Shown: positions 1 through 12,500 of the stretch, piece after piece
How positions within the stretch are numbered: position 1 is the stretch's first letter
How the letters are laid out: each line of letters opens with the position of its first letter
Assembly (NCBI GenBank): GCA_002269645.1
Contig: NIVC01003193.1
Span: 48,933-112,932 of the forward strand
Reading direction: 5' to 3'
Source of the DNA: Macrostomum lignano
Lineage: Eukaryota
Length of the DNA stretch: 64,000 bases
Translations under genes and position numbers: made by a program
The notes under the pieces: generated by a model
What the model was told of the DNA's origin: nothing
The model's input: only the letters and a program-made list of their open reading frames with translations
Databases searched by the model: none

Positions 1-2061
1 GACTGCCTGGCGGCTGGCAACGGCGGTTCGGCTTCCAATCAGCCAGCCGCGTCTGCAGGTGAGTGGAGGCTACACGAGACATTTGCTGTGTTACTCGTAG
101 ATTGATCGAATACGGGGTCCTCAGCTTGTTTGTGCATCCGCCTGTCCACTCACTCAGTGCTTGAGAATCCGCCTGTCCACTCACTCAGTGCTTGAGAATC
201 TGCCTCTCCACTCACTCAGTGCTTGAGAATCCGCCTCTCCACTCTCACAGTGCTTGAGAATCTGCCTCTCCGCTCACTCAGTGCTTGAGAATCTGCCTCT
301 CCGCTCACTCAGTGCTTGAGAATCTGCCTCTCCGCTCACTCAGTGCTTGAGAATCTGCCTCTCCGCTCACTCAGTGCTCGAGAATCTGCCTCTCCGCTCA
401 CTCAGTGCTTGAGAATCTGCCTCTCCGCTCACTCAGTGCTCGAGAATCTGCCTCTCCGCTCTCACAGTCTTGAGAATCTGCCTCTCCACTCTCACAGTGC
501 TTGAGAATCTGCCTCTCCGCTCACTCAGTGCTTGAGAATCTGCCTCTCCGCTATCTCAGTGCTCGAGAATCTGCCTCTCCGCTCTCACAGTCTTGAGAAT
601 CTGCCTCTCCACTCACTCAGTGCTTGAGAATCCGCCTCTCTGCTCTCTCAGTGCTTGAGAATCTGCCTCTCCGCTCACTCAGTGCTTGAGAATCTGCCTC
701 TCCGCTCACTCAGTGCTTGAGAATCCGCCTCTCCACTCACTCAGTGCTTGAGAATCCGCCTCTCCACTCACTCAGTGCTTGAGAATCTGCCTCTCCGCTC
801 ACTCAGTGCTTGAGAATCCGCCTCTCCGCTCTCACAGTCTTGAGAATCTGCCTCTCCACTCTCACAGTGCTTGAGAATCTGCCTCTCCGCTCTCTCAGTT
901 GCTTGAGAATCTGCCTCTCCGCTCACTCAGTGCTTGAGAATCTGCCTCTCCGCTCACTCAGTGCTTGAGAATCTGCCTCTCCGCTCCCAAGCCCATGGAA
1001 TGGCGAGTCAGTATTTCAGAGTTATAAAACATTCAGAGCAATAGCCATTATTCAAAACCCTTTTTCCTTAATTCCCAGATGCAACAACTGTGGGAACATC
1101 TACAGCAACTATCATTATCAAAACTAGTAAGTAGCACTGTGCCAAAATTTATCAATCTGACTGGACTATTTAATTGACGACGTGATCAGTTAGGCGTACA
1201 GTGAAACAGTATGTCGTTTTATTGAGACATTGCGTCACCTATTAGAGACTACCTAGTAGTGACAGGACGTCACCTGGTAGAGACATTGCGTCACCTGGTA
1301 GAGACATTGCATCACCTGGTAGAGACATTGCGTCACCTGGTAGAGACATTGCGTCACCTGATAGAGACATTGCGTCACCTGGTAGAGACATTGCGTCACC
1401 TGGTAGAGACATTGCGTCACCTGGTAGAGACATTGCGTCACCTGGTAGAGACAGGACGTCACCTGGTAGAGACATTGCGTCACCTGGGTCACCTGGTAGA
1501 GACAGGACGTCACCTGGTAGAGACATTGCGTCACCTGGGTCACCTGGTAGAGACATTGCGTCACCTGGGTCACCTGGTAGAGACAGGACGTCACCTAGTA
1601 GAGACAATGCACCACGGTGAAACAGTGTCACCAGCTTGGGACAGTGCTTTGGACAGATTGAGACAACACTTCACCTGCCAGTGGGTGTCACCAACTAATT
1701 AATTTATGACCCAATCGATTGTTTGGAATCCTTTCTAGAAAGCAAGTTGTTTAACATCTCGCAGCGCAATTCTGATCCATTCTGAAAAATTATTTCAGAC
1801 CCAGCAACGCTGGACCACCTGGCTTACCTGGGCATCGGCATAGGCGTCGGCATCCTCGCCGCCAGCATCATCGGCCTGATTGTCGGGCTCGTCGTGTGGA
1901 CCTGTCGCCGTCGTCAAGGCCCGGCTGCAGATGGCAACATATTGCAGCCGTCTCAGCCCAAGATTGCCACAGTGGACGGCAACGGAGGAGCGGCTAACGT
2001 GGCCTATCACTATTCCAGCGATCGGTTTGTCTCCGGTGGCATCGCCGAGCGGCACGTTTGA
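1..2061 (+). CDS. 3' end of a type I single-pass membrane protein (5'-partial); exons <1..58 and 1799..2061
   Basis: Donor GCAG|GTGAGT at 58/59 (phase 1) matches acceptor TTTCAG|AC at 1798/1799 (G+AC=Asp). Last exon reads DPATLDHL-AYLGIGIGVGILAASIIGLIVGLVVWTC-RRRQ...NVAYHYSS...ERHV*: hydrophobic helix, basic stop-transfer motif, short cytoplasmic tail. AATAAA at 2295-2300. Family not identifiable. Confidence 0.8.
141..985. repeat. intronic minisatellite, 31-bp unit CACTCAGTGCTTGAGAATCTGCCTCTCCGCT
   Basis: Direct tandem periodicity of 31 bp. Confidence 0.95.
1235..1610. repeat. intronic minisatellite, 21-bp unit CACCTGGTAGAGACATTGCGT with 9-bp CACCTGGGT inserts
   Basis: Direct tandem periodicity. 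Confidence 0.95.
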
Positions 2062-2504
2062 TGTCGGACAGCAGCCGCTGTGTCGGTAGCCATTGTTGGT
2101 CTTTTTAACAGAACGCATCATAACGCAGCATGTGGCCCCCAAAACATTTTAATGTCCTTCATACGCCACTCTTTCAAACTGGGTTCTTGCTAATAATTCC
2201 CAGGTTGAGCGTCTTGACAATACACGCATCATCTCAAATTATTACCAAAATCAGCACTGCAAAGGACTACTCAAAAAGCTCTATTGATATTCATAATAAA
2301 ATTAAAAATCTATGTTAATTTTATATCCTGATATGTACATGTCCTGTTCCCAAAAAATCAAAAGAATGACACAGCTGGACTCAATGGTTTTATGAATCTA
2401 CTTGATTATTCTGATCCCTTTTGCTCTGCAGAGACTTCCGAAATTCTTCTGCATGGAGCCGCATACAGTGAACCATACAGGGGGCGGGTTGGCCTGGCTA
2501 GCCA

Positions 2505-2690
2505 TGCCTTATGCCATTGCCACTTTTAGCGCCGCAGGCACTTATTTTGGCGCCGCAGGCACTCATTTTAGCGCCGCAGGCACTTAATTGCCTCCAGGTT
2601 TTTGGTATCCGCCGCGCCCAACCCCACCCCCCAGGCAATTGGGGGGGGGGCCGCGGCCCCCCCGCCCCCCCCCCTGGCTACGCCACTGCC
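2505..2690. mobile_element. MITE-like remnant carrying the TTTTGGCGCCGCAGGCACTCA 21-bp repeat; right end GGCTACGCCACTG
   Basis: Same internal repeat as 22109-22615 and 50910-51630; GC-rich hAT-like terminus. Left end not defined. Confidence 0.45.
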
Positions 2691-3049
2691 TATAACAGCG
2701 GAATAAACGCGCGTACGAATTCAAAGAAATGTTTCTAGGAAAAAAAGTTTTTAAAAGCGCTTATTCCGGTGTTGGACTACGAAAATGCTAATCGACTGTA
2801 CATGATGTATGCACTTGCAGTTTTCGTCAATCGTATATGCACCTGACTTTTTTATGCATGCACTTGATATATTTAATACGACTGCAAAAAGGCTGTATAG
2901 CAATAGATAAATAATCTTATAATTATTAACTATAAATGTACCAAGAAGCATGCAATCTGTTTGTTGCATTCTTTCAATATTTTTTACTTTAACAACTTCT
3001 GCACTACCAGACCTTAAAATGAAATTTAGCAATAATAACAATCGATTAC

Positions 3050-3325
3050 ACCTGCCCCAATGGGCAGATGTGCAACTGACAGCTCAGCCGCAGCTATTGA
3101 GCGGCGCATCTGAAGGCTCCGTACGGCTGCTCAGTCCAAGGACTGGGTGGTCGCCACGCACACCCTCAATTACCCCGGCTAATGCTGGCACCCATTTTAC
3201 AGCTGGGTGAACTGAAGCAATGCAGAGTCAAGTGTCTTGCTCAAAGACACAAATTGTTCCAGAAGGATCGGGAATCGAACCCCCAACCTTCAAGTCGTGA
3301 GTCCGACGCTCTGACCACCGGCCGG
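3050..3325 (-). mobile_element. tRNA-derived CORE-SINE (MIR-like core)
   Basis: Minus strand: GGTGGTCAGAGCG (A-box-like), GGTTCGATTCCC (B box), then TGTGTCTTTGAGCAAGACACTTGACTC...CAGCTGTAAAATGGG, which resembles the MIR/CORE domain. Further copies at ~13485-13872 and ~50232-50455. Confidence 0.8.
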
Positions 3326-5119
3326 GCTACAACCCCCTACAACCCAAACTAAGAACTTCAGTTTGGCTGCAACGCACACACATTGCTTGCAGCTGCTTTG
3401 CTGATGCATGCAGAAAAAATTGGAACAATGAGATGGCTCAGCAGAGTCTACGGCTGCTAAGTGCAGGTCTTGCATAGCAAGTGGGGCGGCTATATTGTTG
3501 TACACCGATGCAGTACGCTATAGGGGGATGGGGGATGGGGAAGAGGATAGGAAGGGGAAACGCGGACGGTCGGCAGGCAGGATGTGAAAGCGGACAGCTT
3601 GCTGCTCAAAGTGAGAACTGTTTCTCCATTTTTCTGCATCCTGAGCCGCTTGCAGACCATGTTCCTGCTGTTGTTTAGCAAGACCAAGAGAAAGTCCTCG
3701 GACAGCAACTTGGTCGCCATGGACTCGCTATCGGACAATCCGGAGGACCTCCTGCAGGAGCGGCGCCGCCTGTCCAAGCTGGAGAAGCGGCAGCGGGCCA
3801 GGGAGAAGAAGCGCCGTCGCGAGGCCAAGAAGCTGCGGCGGCTGCATCGATCCGGCAACGGAAGCGGCTGCCGTCACCTCTGCTGCTGCCTGGGCCGCTT
3901 CCCCTGCCTTCTGCTGCTTCTGGCAGGCCTGTCCGCCTTTCTCTACTTGTACTTTTATCGTGGACTCAGCATTCACTTGGCGCTGAGTGACCGGCTGCTC
4001 GATAGGCAGATGCTCCTGCGTAAGCAGCAACAGCAGCAACTGCCGCAGCAACAGTTGTTGCCCGCAAGGTTAGCTTATCAAAGATCAATACGTTTTGGGG
4101 CTTTGTCGTGCGATTCACCCATGAGGACCAACCCTCCAAGGCAAGAGTGTACCATGCTTTATGATTAGACAATCAGAATTACCTCAACGCTGGAGTAAGA
4201 TTCAACCCCACAGATGCTGGAATAACTGGATGGGCCACTCAGGCATATATAACTTAAGTAAAACAGCTTTCTACTTTCAGTTCAGTAGCAAAGAAGAATA
4301 CATAAGGTATTTTATATAAAAGGCAGTTGAAATGACTTTGATTTAGAAGCCAAGCTTGCAGGCGTAAAACAACTTGCGAATTGGTTCAGCAATAATGTAC
4401 ATTAGCCAGTCCATTGAAATGCACATGGCAGCTTTAGGCTGGAATTCCGAGAAAGGCAATAAAAACTGGGGCGGGGCGTTGGGGCGTAGTGTGTAAAGGC
4501 GCGGTTGGAGGGTTTCAGCTGGGGGTAAGAGGCAATAAAGAGCCTTGGCTTTAAAAATACATTAAAATACTTCTGTTTAACTTGCTACTGAACTGAAAGT
4601 AGCTTGCACGCAAATGCACTGAGTGACCCACCATCTAGTTATTCTGGCATTGAATGGCTAAATTTTTCCAGTGCTTAAGTTGACTCTAACCATAGCAAAT
4701 CTACCCAACACACGATTTCCCCCATCTGCAGGCCACCTCCGGATTCTCATCTTCAAGCGGAGGCCTCGCCGCGTAGAAATTGGCGCCTTCGAAACGGTTC
4801 TTTAGTCTCCCAGAATCTGGTGCCGCATCAGTCGCCTACTCGGGCTTCGGCGAGACAGCCAAAAATCATTCAAATGCCAAACAGATGCCCGAGTTCGTCT
4901 TTGTCCGCGCTGTTCCTGGCCACCCGTGATCAAGCAATCCGTGACGCGGCACCGAATTTTGTCCGTCGGCAGCGGGAAGCTGTGCGACGATCCTGGGGCG
5001 GCCCGGCCGGATTGAAGGCCGGAGGCTCCGTCGTCTTCTTGGTGACTGTGGAGAGACTGCGTACTACGCACTGAATCAGGTGCAAATTAGGGATGGGTTG
5101 CGTTGGCTCACTAGGAACC

Positions 5120-5890
5120 TGGGGGCTCAGTGGGGAATCTGAGGGTTCAGTCGGGAATCTGGGGGCTCTGTGGGGAATCTGAGGGTTCAGTCGGGAATCT
5201 GGGGGCTCTGTGGGGAATCTGAGGGTTCAGTGAGGAATCTGATGGCTCAGTGGTGAATCTGAAGGCTCAGTAGGGAATCTGATGGCTCAGTGGTGAATCT
5301 GAAGGCTCAGTATGGAATCTGATGACTCAGTGGAGAATCTGATGGCTCAGTGAGGAATTCGAGGGGCTCAGTGGGGAATCTGATGGCTCAGTGGTGAATC
5401 TGAAGGCTCAGTAGGGAATCTGAAGGCTCAGTGGGGAATCTGATGGCTCAGTGGTGAATCTGAAGGCTCAGTAGGGAATCTGATGGCTCAGTGGTGAATC
5501 TGAAGGCTCAGTAGGGAATCTGAAGGCTCAGTGGGGAATCTGATGGCTCAGTGGTGAATCTGAAGGCTCAGTAGGGAATCTGATGGCTCAGTGGTGAATC
5601 TGAAGGCTCAGTAGGGAATCTGATGGCTCAGTGGTGAATCTGAAGGCTCAGTAGGGAATCTGATGACTCAGTGGAGAATCTGATGGCTTAGTGAGGAATT
5701 CGAGGTGGCTCAGTGGGGAATCTGATGGCTCAGTGGTGAATCTGAAGGCTCAGTAGGGAATCTGATGGCTCAGTGGGAAATCTGATGGCTCAGTGGGGAA
5801 TCTGATGGCTCAGTGGAGAATCTGGGGGCTCAGTGGGGAATCTGATGTCTCAGTGGGGAATCTGTGGGCTCAGTGGGGAATTTGCACGCG
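5120..5890. repeat. intronic minisatellite, ~20-bp unit GGCTCAGTGGGGAATCTGAT (partly 40-bp dimer)
   Basis: Tandem periodicity; fills GT31 intron 2. Confidence 0.95.
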
Positions 5891-6371
5891 GGATTGGGGC
5901 TCACTGAAGAGAATTAAATAACCAACTCCAACAACCAACTGCTCGCGTGTAGGAGGCGAAGAAGTACGGCGACCTGATGATCATACAGTCGGCAGTCAGC
6001 AGCAACCCGAAGCTGGCGGAGCAGCAACCACACCTGCTGCTGTTTGCCCTGGCCAAGCTTCGGTCCCGCTGTCCTTTCGTCAGCCTCTACGGCAGGACAA
6101 ACGCCGGGGTGCTGTGGAATCCGCGCCTGCTGAAGCAACTGCTACACCTGATGCAGCAGCGCGGCCAGCTTCAAGAAAGCCTCATGCTTGGCCGAGCCGT
6201 CCGCGGTCTGTCCAAGGACTCCAGCACCGGTCTCAACGAGCGGCTGGCCGCCGACCCGGGCTACCTAATGACCGGCCGCGCGCTGGACGCCCTGTTGAAG
6301 TTGGCGAGAGGCAACCGCGACGAAGACGACGACCACCGGCTGGACGACGGTGTCACAGACAATCGCCTGAC

Positions 6372-7955
6372 ACAGTCATGAATACACGGAGTATAAAGTG
6401 AAAGGAAAGAAACAGTCCAGTGAATCGTGGTTGCCAGAAAGAGGACTACGCGAAGGATGCCCGACATCCCCAGTTCTATTTAATATCTTTCACCAAGCAT
6501 GCATCAGGGAAGTTGAGGAGAAAAGAACACAAACAGCAAAGGAGAAAGAGCAAATATGTGGAATTGAATGGACATACCTCCCAGGAAGCTCACTCCCACC
6601 TCAGCGAAGAAACCAGCCAAACTCGGAGACCAAAACCGAACTCATCAGGACAGTTCTATTTGCAGACGACACCACTATCCTAGGCAACCGCAAGGAACTC
6701 AGCGCGGGCCTAGAGTCGACGAAAGAAATAATGGCAGGATTCGAAGAACAAACGAACGACAAAAAGCAAGAGGTAATGATATTCGGAACCAGAGAGGGAG
6801 GAAAAGTACGCATGCTAGGATCATGGACGGACACGAAGTACGACACGAGCCAGAGATTGCAAAAAGCGGCGAGAAGCTGGTCGACGATCCGTAGACGTTT
6901 CATCAAGTGCAGGTTGAAAAAGACCACGCAAGCGAAGGTCGTTGAAGCCTGTATAGAGAGCATCCTGCTATTCCACGCGAACATACGCCCATTCCTGAAG
7001 TCAGAAACGAAGCAACTACAAAGCTTCATGGACCGAATCTACCGGCAGATATGGAGCAGCAGGAAAATGGAACCACTAAGGGAAATGGAGGCAAAAGGAA
7101 TAAATATGCAGGACATTCGCAATGAACTAGAAGTAACGACAATACAAACAAAGATTGAGAAGAGCCACCTGATCCGCATCGGACATGTGCTTCGCATGGA
7201 GGCGAACCGCCTAACGAAAAAGATGGTTCTCGGATGGTACAAGGGTCTGGAAAAGATAAGGAAAACACGTAAGAGAAAAGGTAACACCATCGAATATTGG
7301 AAGCGACTACTACGCCAAGCAGGGATCGAGCCGGAAATGACAGAGAGACTAGCAACCGACCGCCAGAAATGGCGTAAAATTGTTCAAGAACGCATAAGCC
7401 ACCTCAAGAGATGGGAACAACAACAAGGAAAGAAGGCAGAAGCAAGGAACATCGAAAGGAACGACAAACAGAAACAGGAGAAAACAAGAACATTCATATG
7501 TGAATACGAAGACTGCGGAAAGGAGTGCAAAAGCAAAGCAGGCCTGACCATTCACCAAAAGAGGATGCACCGCAAGATAGAAGAACCAGTAACGTTCAAG
7601 TGCGTAAAATGCGAGAAGCAGTTCAGACAAGAGGCAACGTGGTTAAACCACGTAAAGGTCTGCGGAGGAGAGAGAGAAGTGGGAGGAAACCGCGTAAAAT
7701 GCGCGACCTGTGCTCGAGAAATATCGAAATCAAACCTAGCGAGACACCGCAAAACCTGCGGTACAACGCGGGAAGAGACACGGTCCCCGGGAGGTGAGAG
7801 GAAGTACCGAGCGAAAACTAAACAATGCGAAGGTTGTGGGCGCACGCTCGCCGCGACGAACATGGCACGCCACCTACGCACCTGCAAGGACTGCTGACGA
7901 GAGACCCCGAAGACTGCCCATGCCACACGGCGACAAAAGGGAAGAAGAAGAAGAA
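6372..7955 (+). mobile_element. 5'-truncated non-LTR retrotransposon (RTE-like): RT C-terminal half plus four C2H2-type zinc fingers, (GAA)n tail
   Basis: Uninterrupted frame from the 5' junction to TGA 7897 with GLREGCPTSPVLFN, LFADDT and GHVLRM; short 3' UTR; (GAA)5 tail; 22-23-bp TSD GGTGTCACAGACAATCGCCTGAC at 6349-6371 and 7956-7978. Confidence 0.93.
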
Positions 7956-8624
7956 GGTGTCACAGACAATCGCCTGACTGGCGACCTGAGGTTGAAGGCA
8001 GGAGTCCGTCTGGCAGACCTTGGCCGACAGCTGCGGGTGTCCCGCCGGCCACAGAGGTCGTTCTGCCTGGCCGGGCCTGAGCGCAGACGACATGGAGCAC
8101 CAGTGGGCGAAGGTTTCAAGCAGCAGTCTGGAGTGCACGCAGTCGGCTGCTGAGCAGCCAGACGAAGAGTAGCCAAGGACCACTATAGTAAAACAGGACG
8201 GGAAATTCAAAGGAAATTCCAGGAAATTGGCCTACAAAAATGCACTGCGGAGATATGAAGATATCTTTTTTTAATCACATAATCAAATGATTGCATTTGA
8301 TCTGGGCAGTGTTATATTTTATATAGATGTGTAGTGAAAAGTTCATATTCATATTCATTGATATTTCATAACATGCTGTGCATGCCAAATTTAAAGATGG
8401 TTAATCATCACTGCCCCAGATCAAGTGCGATCATTGATTTTTTTCCTATCTCAGCAGTGTATTTTTTCAGGAAATTTGCCTCCAAATAATACGATTTTTA
8501 AGTTTTACCTTTTGTTATACCATAGTGATGTCTGAGAGTAGTGTATGTAGCTCGCATTACAATTGAAAATTTTTCCTAGGCTTCCTTAGTTTTTGTGTTC
8601 CGCACCAACTAGTAGTCAGTAAGG

Positions 8625-9025
8625 GATCTGAGTACATGGCCCACGAGGGGCGAACTCACATTAGGTAAATGTGCCACCAGCCTTTTTACTACAGACAGAG
8701 AGGCTGTGTGCACCCTGGCGCACTTAAATCGACCTTGTGACACAACCGGCGAGAGGCATTACTGCATGCCCATTTTGCAGACTCCCCTGAGCAGGCACAC
8801 AAGCGCACAGGCACACACTCACACAGGAGTGTACAGCAGTCCTAACTTTATTTATCGTTAGGCATGTTCACTTCACTGCGCCTTGGGGGTTGGCCCTCAA
8901 GGGCGTTAATTGCACGAGCAGAGCCAAGTCGAGATTCCAATTGAGCCTCCAAAATTAATGGGGCTAAATAACCAGGAATCGAGTCTGGGCCGCTGGCATA
9001 TCAGGCCACAGCCGCTGTGCCACCA
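8625..9025 (-). mobile_element. probable tRNA-derived SINE (second family)
   Basis: Minus strand head GGTGGCACAGCGG (A box)...GACTCGATTCCTGGT (degenerate B box), then a ~350-bp body. Single copy in the window, so limits are approximate. Confidence 0.4.
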
Positions 9026-9533
9026 TTCTCACTTTTGTATCTTTAAAAAGCTGTAGACATTCCTTTCTGTTTTTACAATTTCACAATATGCATAGTGAAA
9101 TAGTCACAAAAAAGTACACAATGTTCGTAAGACCTTGTGCGCGACTGAGTTTCAATATTTAAATGACACTGCTGCCAAATATAAAATGTAAATAAATGTT
9201 TAACAAACTTTTTTAGACTTGAAATTGAGTTGTTCGCTATGAATAAAATTTACTGTACTATCTGTCGCGAGAAACTACTTATTTAAGTGTTCAAGTAGTA
9301 TTTTATGTGCATTAAGTTCTTTCAAATCTTTTTGAAATCTTGCTATCAGTAGAACGTACAGAACAATAAAAAAGATTTTTCTTTCAAGCATTTAAATTGA
9401 TACATCTCGAGAAACATTATCATAATTTTCGCAGAAGCCCAGTACATTTCTGGTAGACATGTTTCGATTTTTATACTCGTAGTTAGATTTTCGTCTCTTG
9501 TTCACAAACTATTTCGAGAGCAGCGGTGGCAGC

Positions 9534-12500
9534 TCACTGGCCACCTCCGGCTGGACGGTGCAGTTCAACAGCGGCTCGCTGCGCCAGCACCACCAGTACT
9601 TCGTTCTCCCACACGTACCGGCCGGGTTCGGGCTGCTTGGTGTGCCGGCTGTAAGCGGCCATGAAGTCGGTCATCAGGCAGTCGCGCTCAGACTCGGCCA
9701 GCTGCCAGGTGAACGGCACCAGCCAGGTGAGATGGCCGCGGCACTCCGCCTCGCTCTCCGTGGTGTAGGTGAAAGCCATGCGCTGGCAGAGGCTGACGGA
9801 GAAGCCGGCGGATGTCAGGATGTCGGCGAAGGCGGCCGCAGGATCCGGGGCGCAGCGCCAGTCGGCGATGTTTGGATCCTGCCAGCGGGTGGAGTGCGCG
9901 AACTCCTGCGGGGATAAATGGGGACAGGGCGAGTATTATGGCACACCTAGCTGAAAAACTGGGAGGCAGACAATGATGACCCCTGAGGGACTGGGAGACA
10001 GACAATGACCCCTGAGGGACTGGGAGACAGACAATGACACCTGAAGGACTGGGAGACAGACAATGACCCCTGAGGGACTGGGAGACAGACAAGGACACCT
10101 GGAGGACTGGGAGACAGACAAGGACACCTGGAGGAGTGGGAGACAGCAATGACACCTGCAGGACTGGGAGACAGACAAGGACACCTGGAGGACTGGGAGA
10201 CAGCAATGACACCTGCAGGACTGGGAGACAGACAAGGACATCTGAAGGACTGGGAGTCAGACAGAAATTGGGGAGTTGTAAAACAGAGTCACGGGAAAAT
10301 ATGAAGAACTGAATAGGTCCGACAGGAAGGTGAATGGTCCGGGATTACCAATAAATATAACGTAAAAGGTAAAATCCCTTCCATTAAAAACTAACGGAAG
10401 TCTGAAATTCAGCCAAAGTGCGTCGACTTCTTTGAACCGAATTCCGTAAATTGCGCTACACAGTCCACAGGAATTCAGTATTAAAGGGCGCAATTTACTG
10501 CATGTTTTAGCTAGAATAATTTGCAACGAGAAATTGGAGAAAATATATTACTCAATAGCTAGCTACTGTTAACCTAAATAAGAAGTATTCATTAAAAGTA
10601 GTTTAGTTTGCTGACACACCAAGGATAAATAATGAATTTAAAGAACTTAGATTTCATTAATAGTTAAGATTCAACATTTGTTAATTAACTTTCTTCAGGT
10701 TTCTTAGAAGCGATAGCTGTCTATAAGAAGCAATAGGACTGGCTGACTCTACGAGAGAGTTGATTCTTAGAAAACCGAGAGAAACTAAGACTGGCACAAA
10801 AGCACATCACACGCGAGGAACAATGGCTTACCATGGGAAGACAGGTCCTTATAAGGCTAGACTAAATATAATAAATAGAATCATTCCTGTCCTTCCTTAG
10901 CTTTGGGCCTTGCGAATCATCTATAAACAAGCCCGCAGTCTGAATTTGGAGCTTGTACACTTGAAGGTCAAGGTCAAAATGTACTTTTTTACGCATTTGC
11001 ACACACGTGTAATGCAACATTTATAATGTACAAATGAACCATGTCAGACTAATGTAGTGTTAAACGTTACATTTAATTTTCATGAGCAAAAGAAGAAGTT
11101 AAAATTTTAAAGATACAACTCAAGACAAGACTCACTTTGATAATAGGGCCCCATTTTTCTGTTGTTGCCAAATCCTTCATAGTGGCTTGAAAATTTGGCC
11201 CAGGTTTAATGCCAATCACATGAAACATAATAGTCTTGCTTGGCTTGATCAAACATTTTAGACTCTCTAAGCAGTTGGTCAGGTTCTTGATCCAATGCAA
11301 TGTTAGAAAGCTAGTGATTATGTCATAGTCCATTGATGGCACATGTGCATGCCAATGAAGTTGATTGAGATCAACCAAGAGCAACTCAAGCTGTGGTTGG
11401 TCTGGTGTACTTTCCTTTGATTTCTGTTCATGCTCGGTTGCAAACTTTAGAAAGTTTGGGTTCTATAAAAGGTCAAGGAAAGGACTGATTTGGTCTAAAA
11501 TATGACAAAAATAAAGACTAATTAGGCTAATAAACATTATAGGCAAAGGCCATTACATTAGGCCTAATTCTTTAAAAATAGGCCTAGCCTTTAAAAAAAC
11601 AAGTTTATATCTAGAAATTACAAATAGGATGTAGGCAGTAGGTCTAAATTTTAATCTAGGTCTATGTTTTGCTTACAAATTTTCAAGGCATAGGGCCTAT
11701 CTAATATTGTAATAATAATTGGTAACATATCTATTTAACACTTAATAAGAATTATGATTGATTGCTAACTAAATAAACCTATACGGCTATAGGCCTATTT
11801 CTAAAAATAGGGCTAAAATAGGCCTATTTAAAATCTAGAAATAAATATTTTTAAATTAGACCTAGCATAAAATTTATCTCTATATTAATAAAATATTAAG
11901 GCCTACTTATATAATTACTTATATTTACTTAGGGCCTAGCCTATATATACAACTATATAGGCTAACAGGACTGCAATAGACTTTTTGCTCTAGAATGCTT
12001 TTTGGATATATAGTACAGTTTAAACCTTGACTACAATAAAGCTTTAGACTTAGACAATTATAAAATACTTAGACAAACCTTAGACTAGCTTAGAGATTTA
12101 ATATATTATGACTATAGGCAGTGTTGGGCACTAGTCCATTAATAAGCATTAATCCGTTAATAAGTGTTAATAAGCATTAAGATTTTTTAGTAACATTAAT
12201 GGACTGCCATTAAGATTTTTTTGAACTAATGGATTAACAAATTTGCATTAATAATTTTGTAAGTTAACAACAAATTCATCATTAACATTAATGGCAATGG
12301 CAATGTCAATGACCAAAGATGCAAAGAAAGGACAAAAATATAAGTCTGAAAAGAAGTTATAACATTATGACTGTATTTAAAATTTATCCAAATGCTTAAA
12401 TAATCTTTTTGTTTATGACGATGATCATGCAAATATAATAACTTCTTACTAATTAAATAATGAATTAAAATTGTGAAGGTTATTAGTTGCATGTAAGCAT

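Larger units (their letters stand above)
3659..8172 (+). pseudogene. GT31 (Galactosyl_T, beta-1,3-Gal/GlcNAc transferase-like) type II membrane protein gene, disrupted; exons ~3659/3719..4068, 4732..5079, 5953..6371 + 7979..8172
   Basis: Basic N-tail plus TM (CLLLLLAGLSAFLYLYFY); phase-2 join AG|G at 4068/4732; motifs NFVRRQREAVRRSWG, VVFL-GD...NQ|EAKKYGD, RCPFV, GYLMTGRALDALL, LTGDLRLKAGV, GLSADDMEHQW match the GT31 pattern. Interrupted by a LINE at 6372-7955; apparent frameshifts at ~5041 and between 7996 and 8075. Start codon uncertain. Confidence 0.7.

Noticed and set aside
3280-3325. Functional tRNA genes (also 8970-9025, 38469-38528, 41108-41169)
   Set aside because: A/B boxes are present but no complete cloverleaf or acceptor stem; they are SINE heads or relics.
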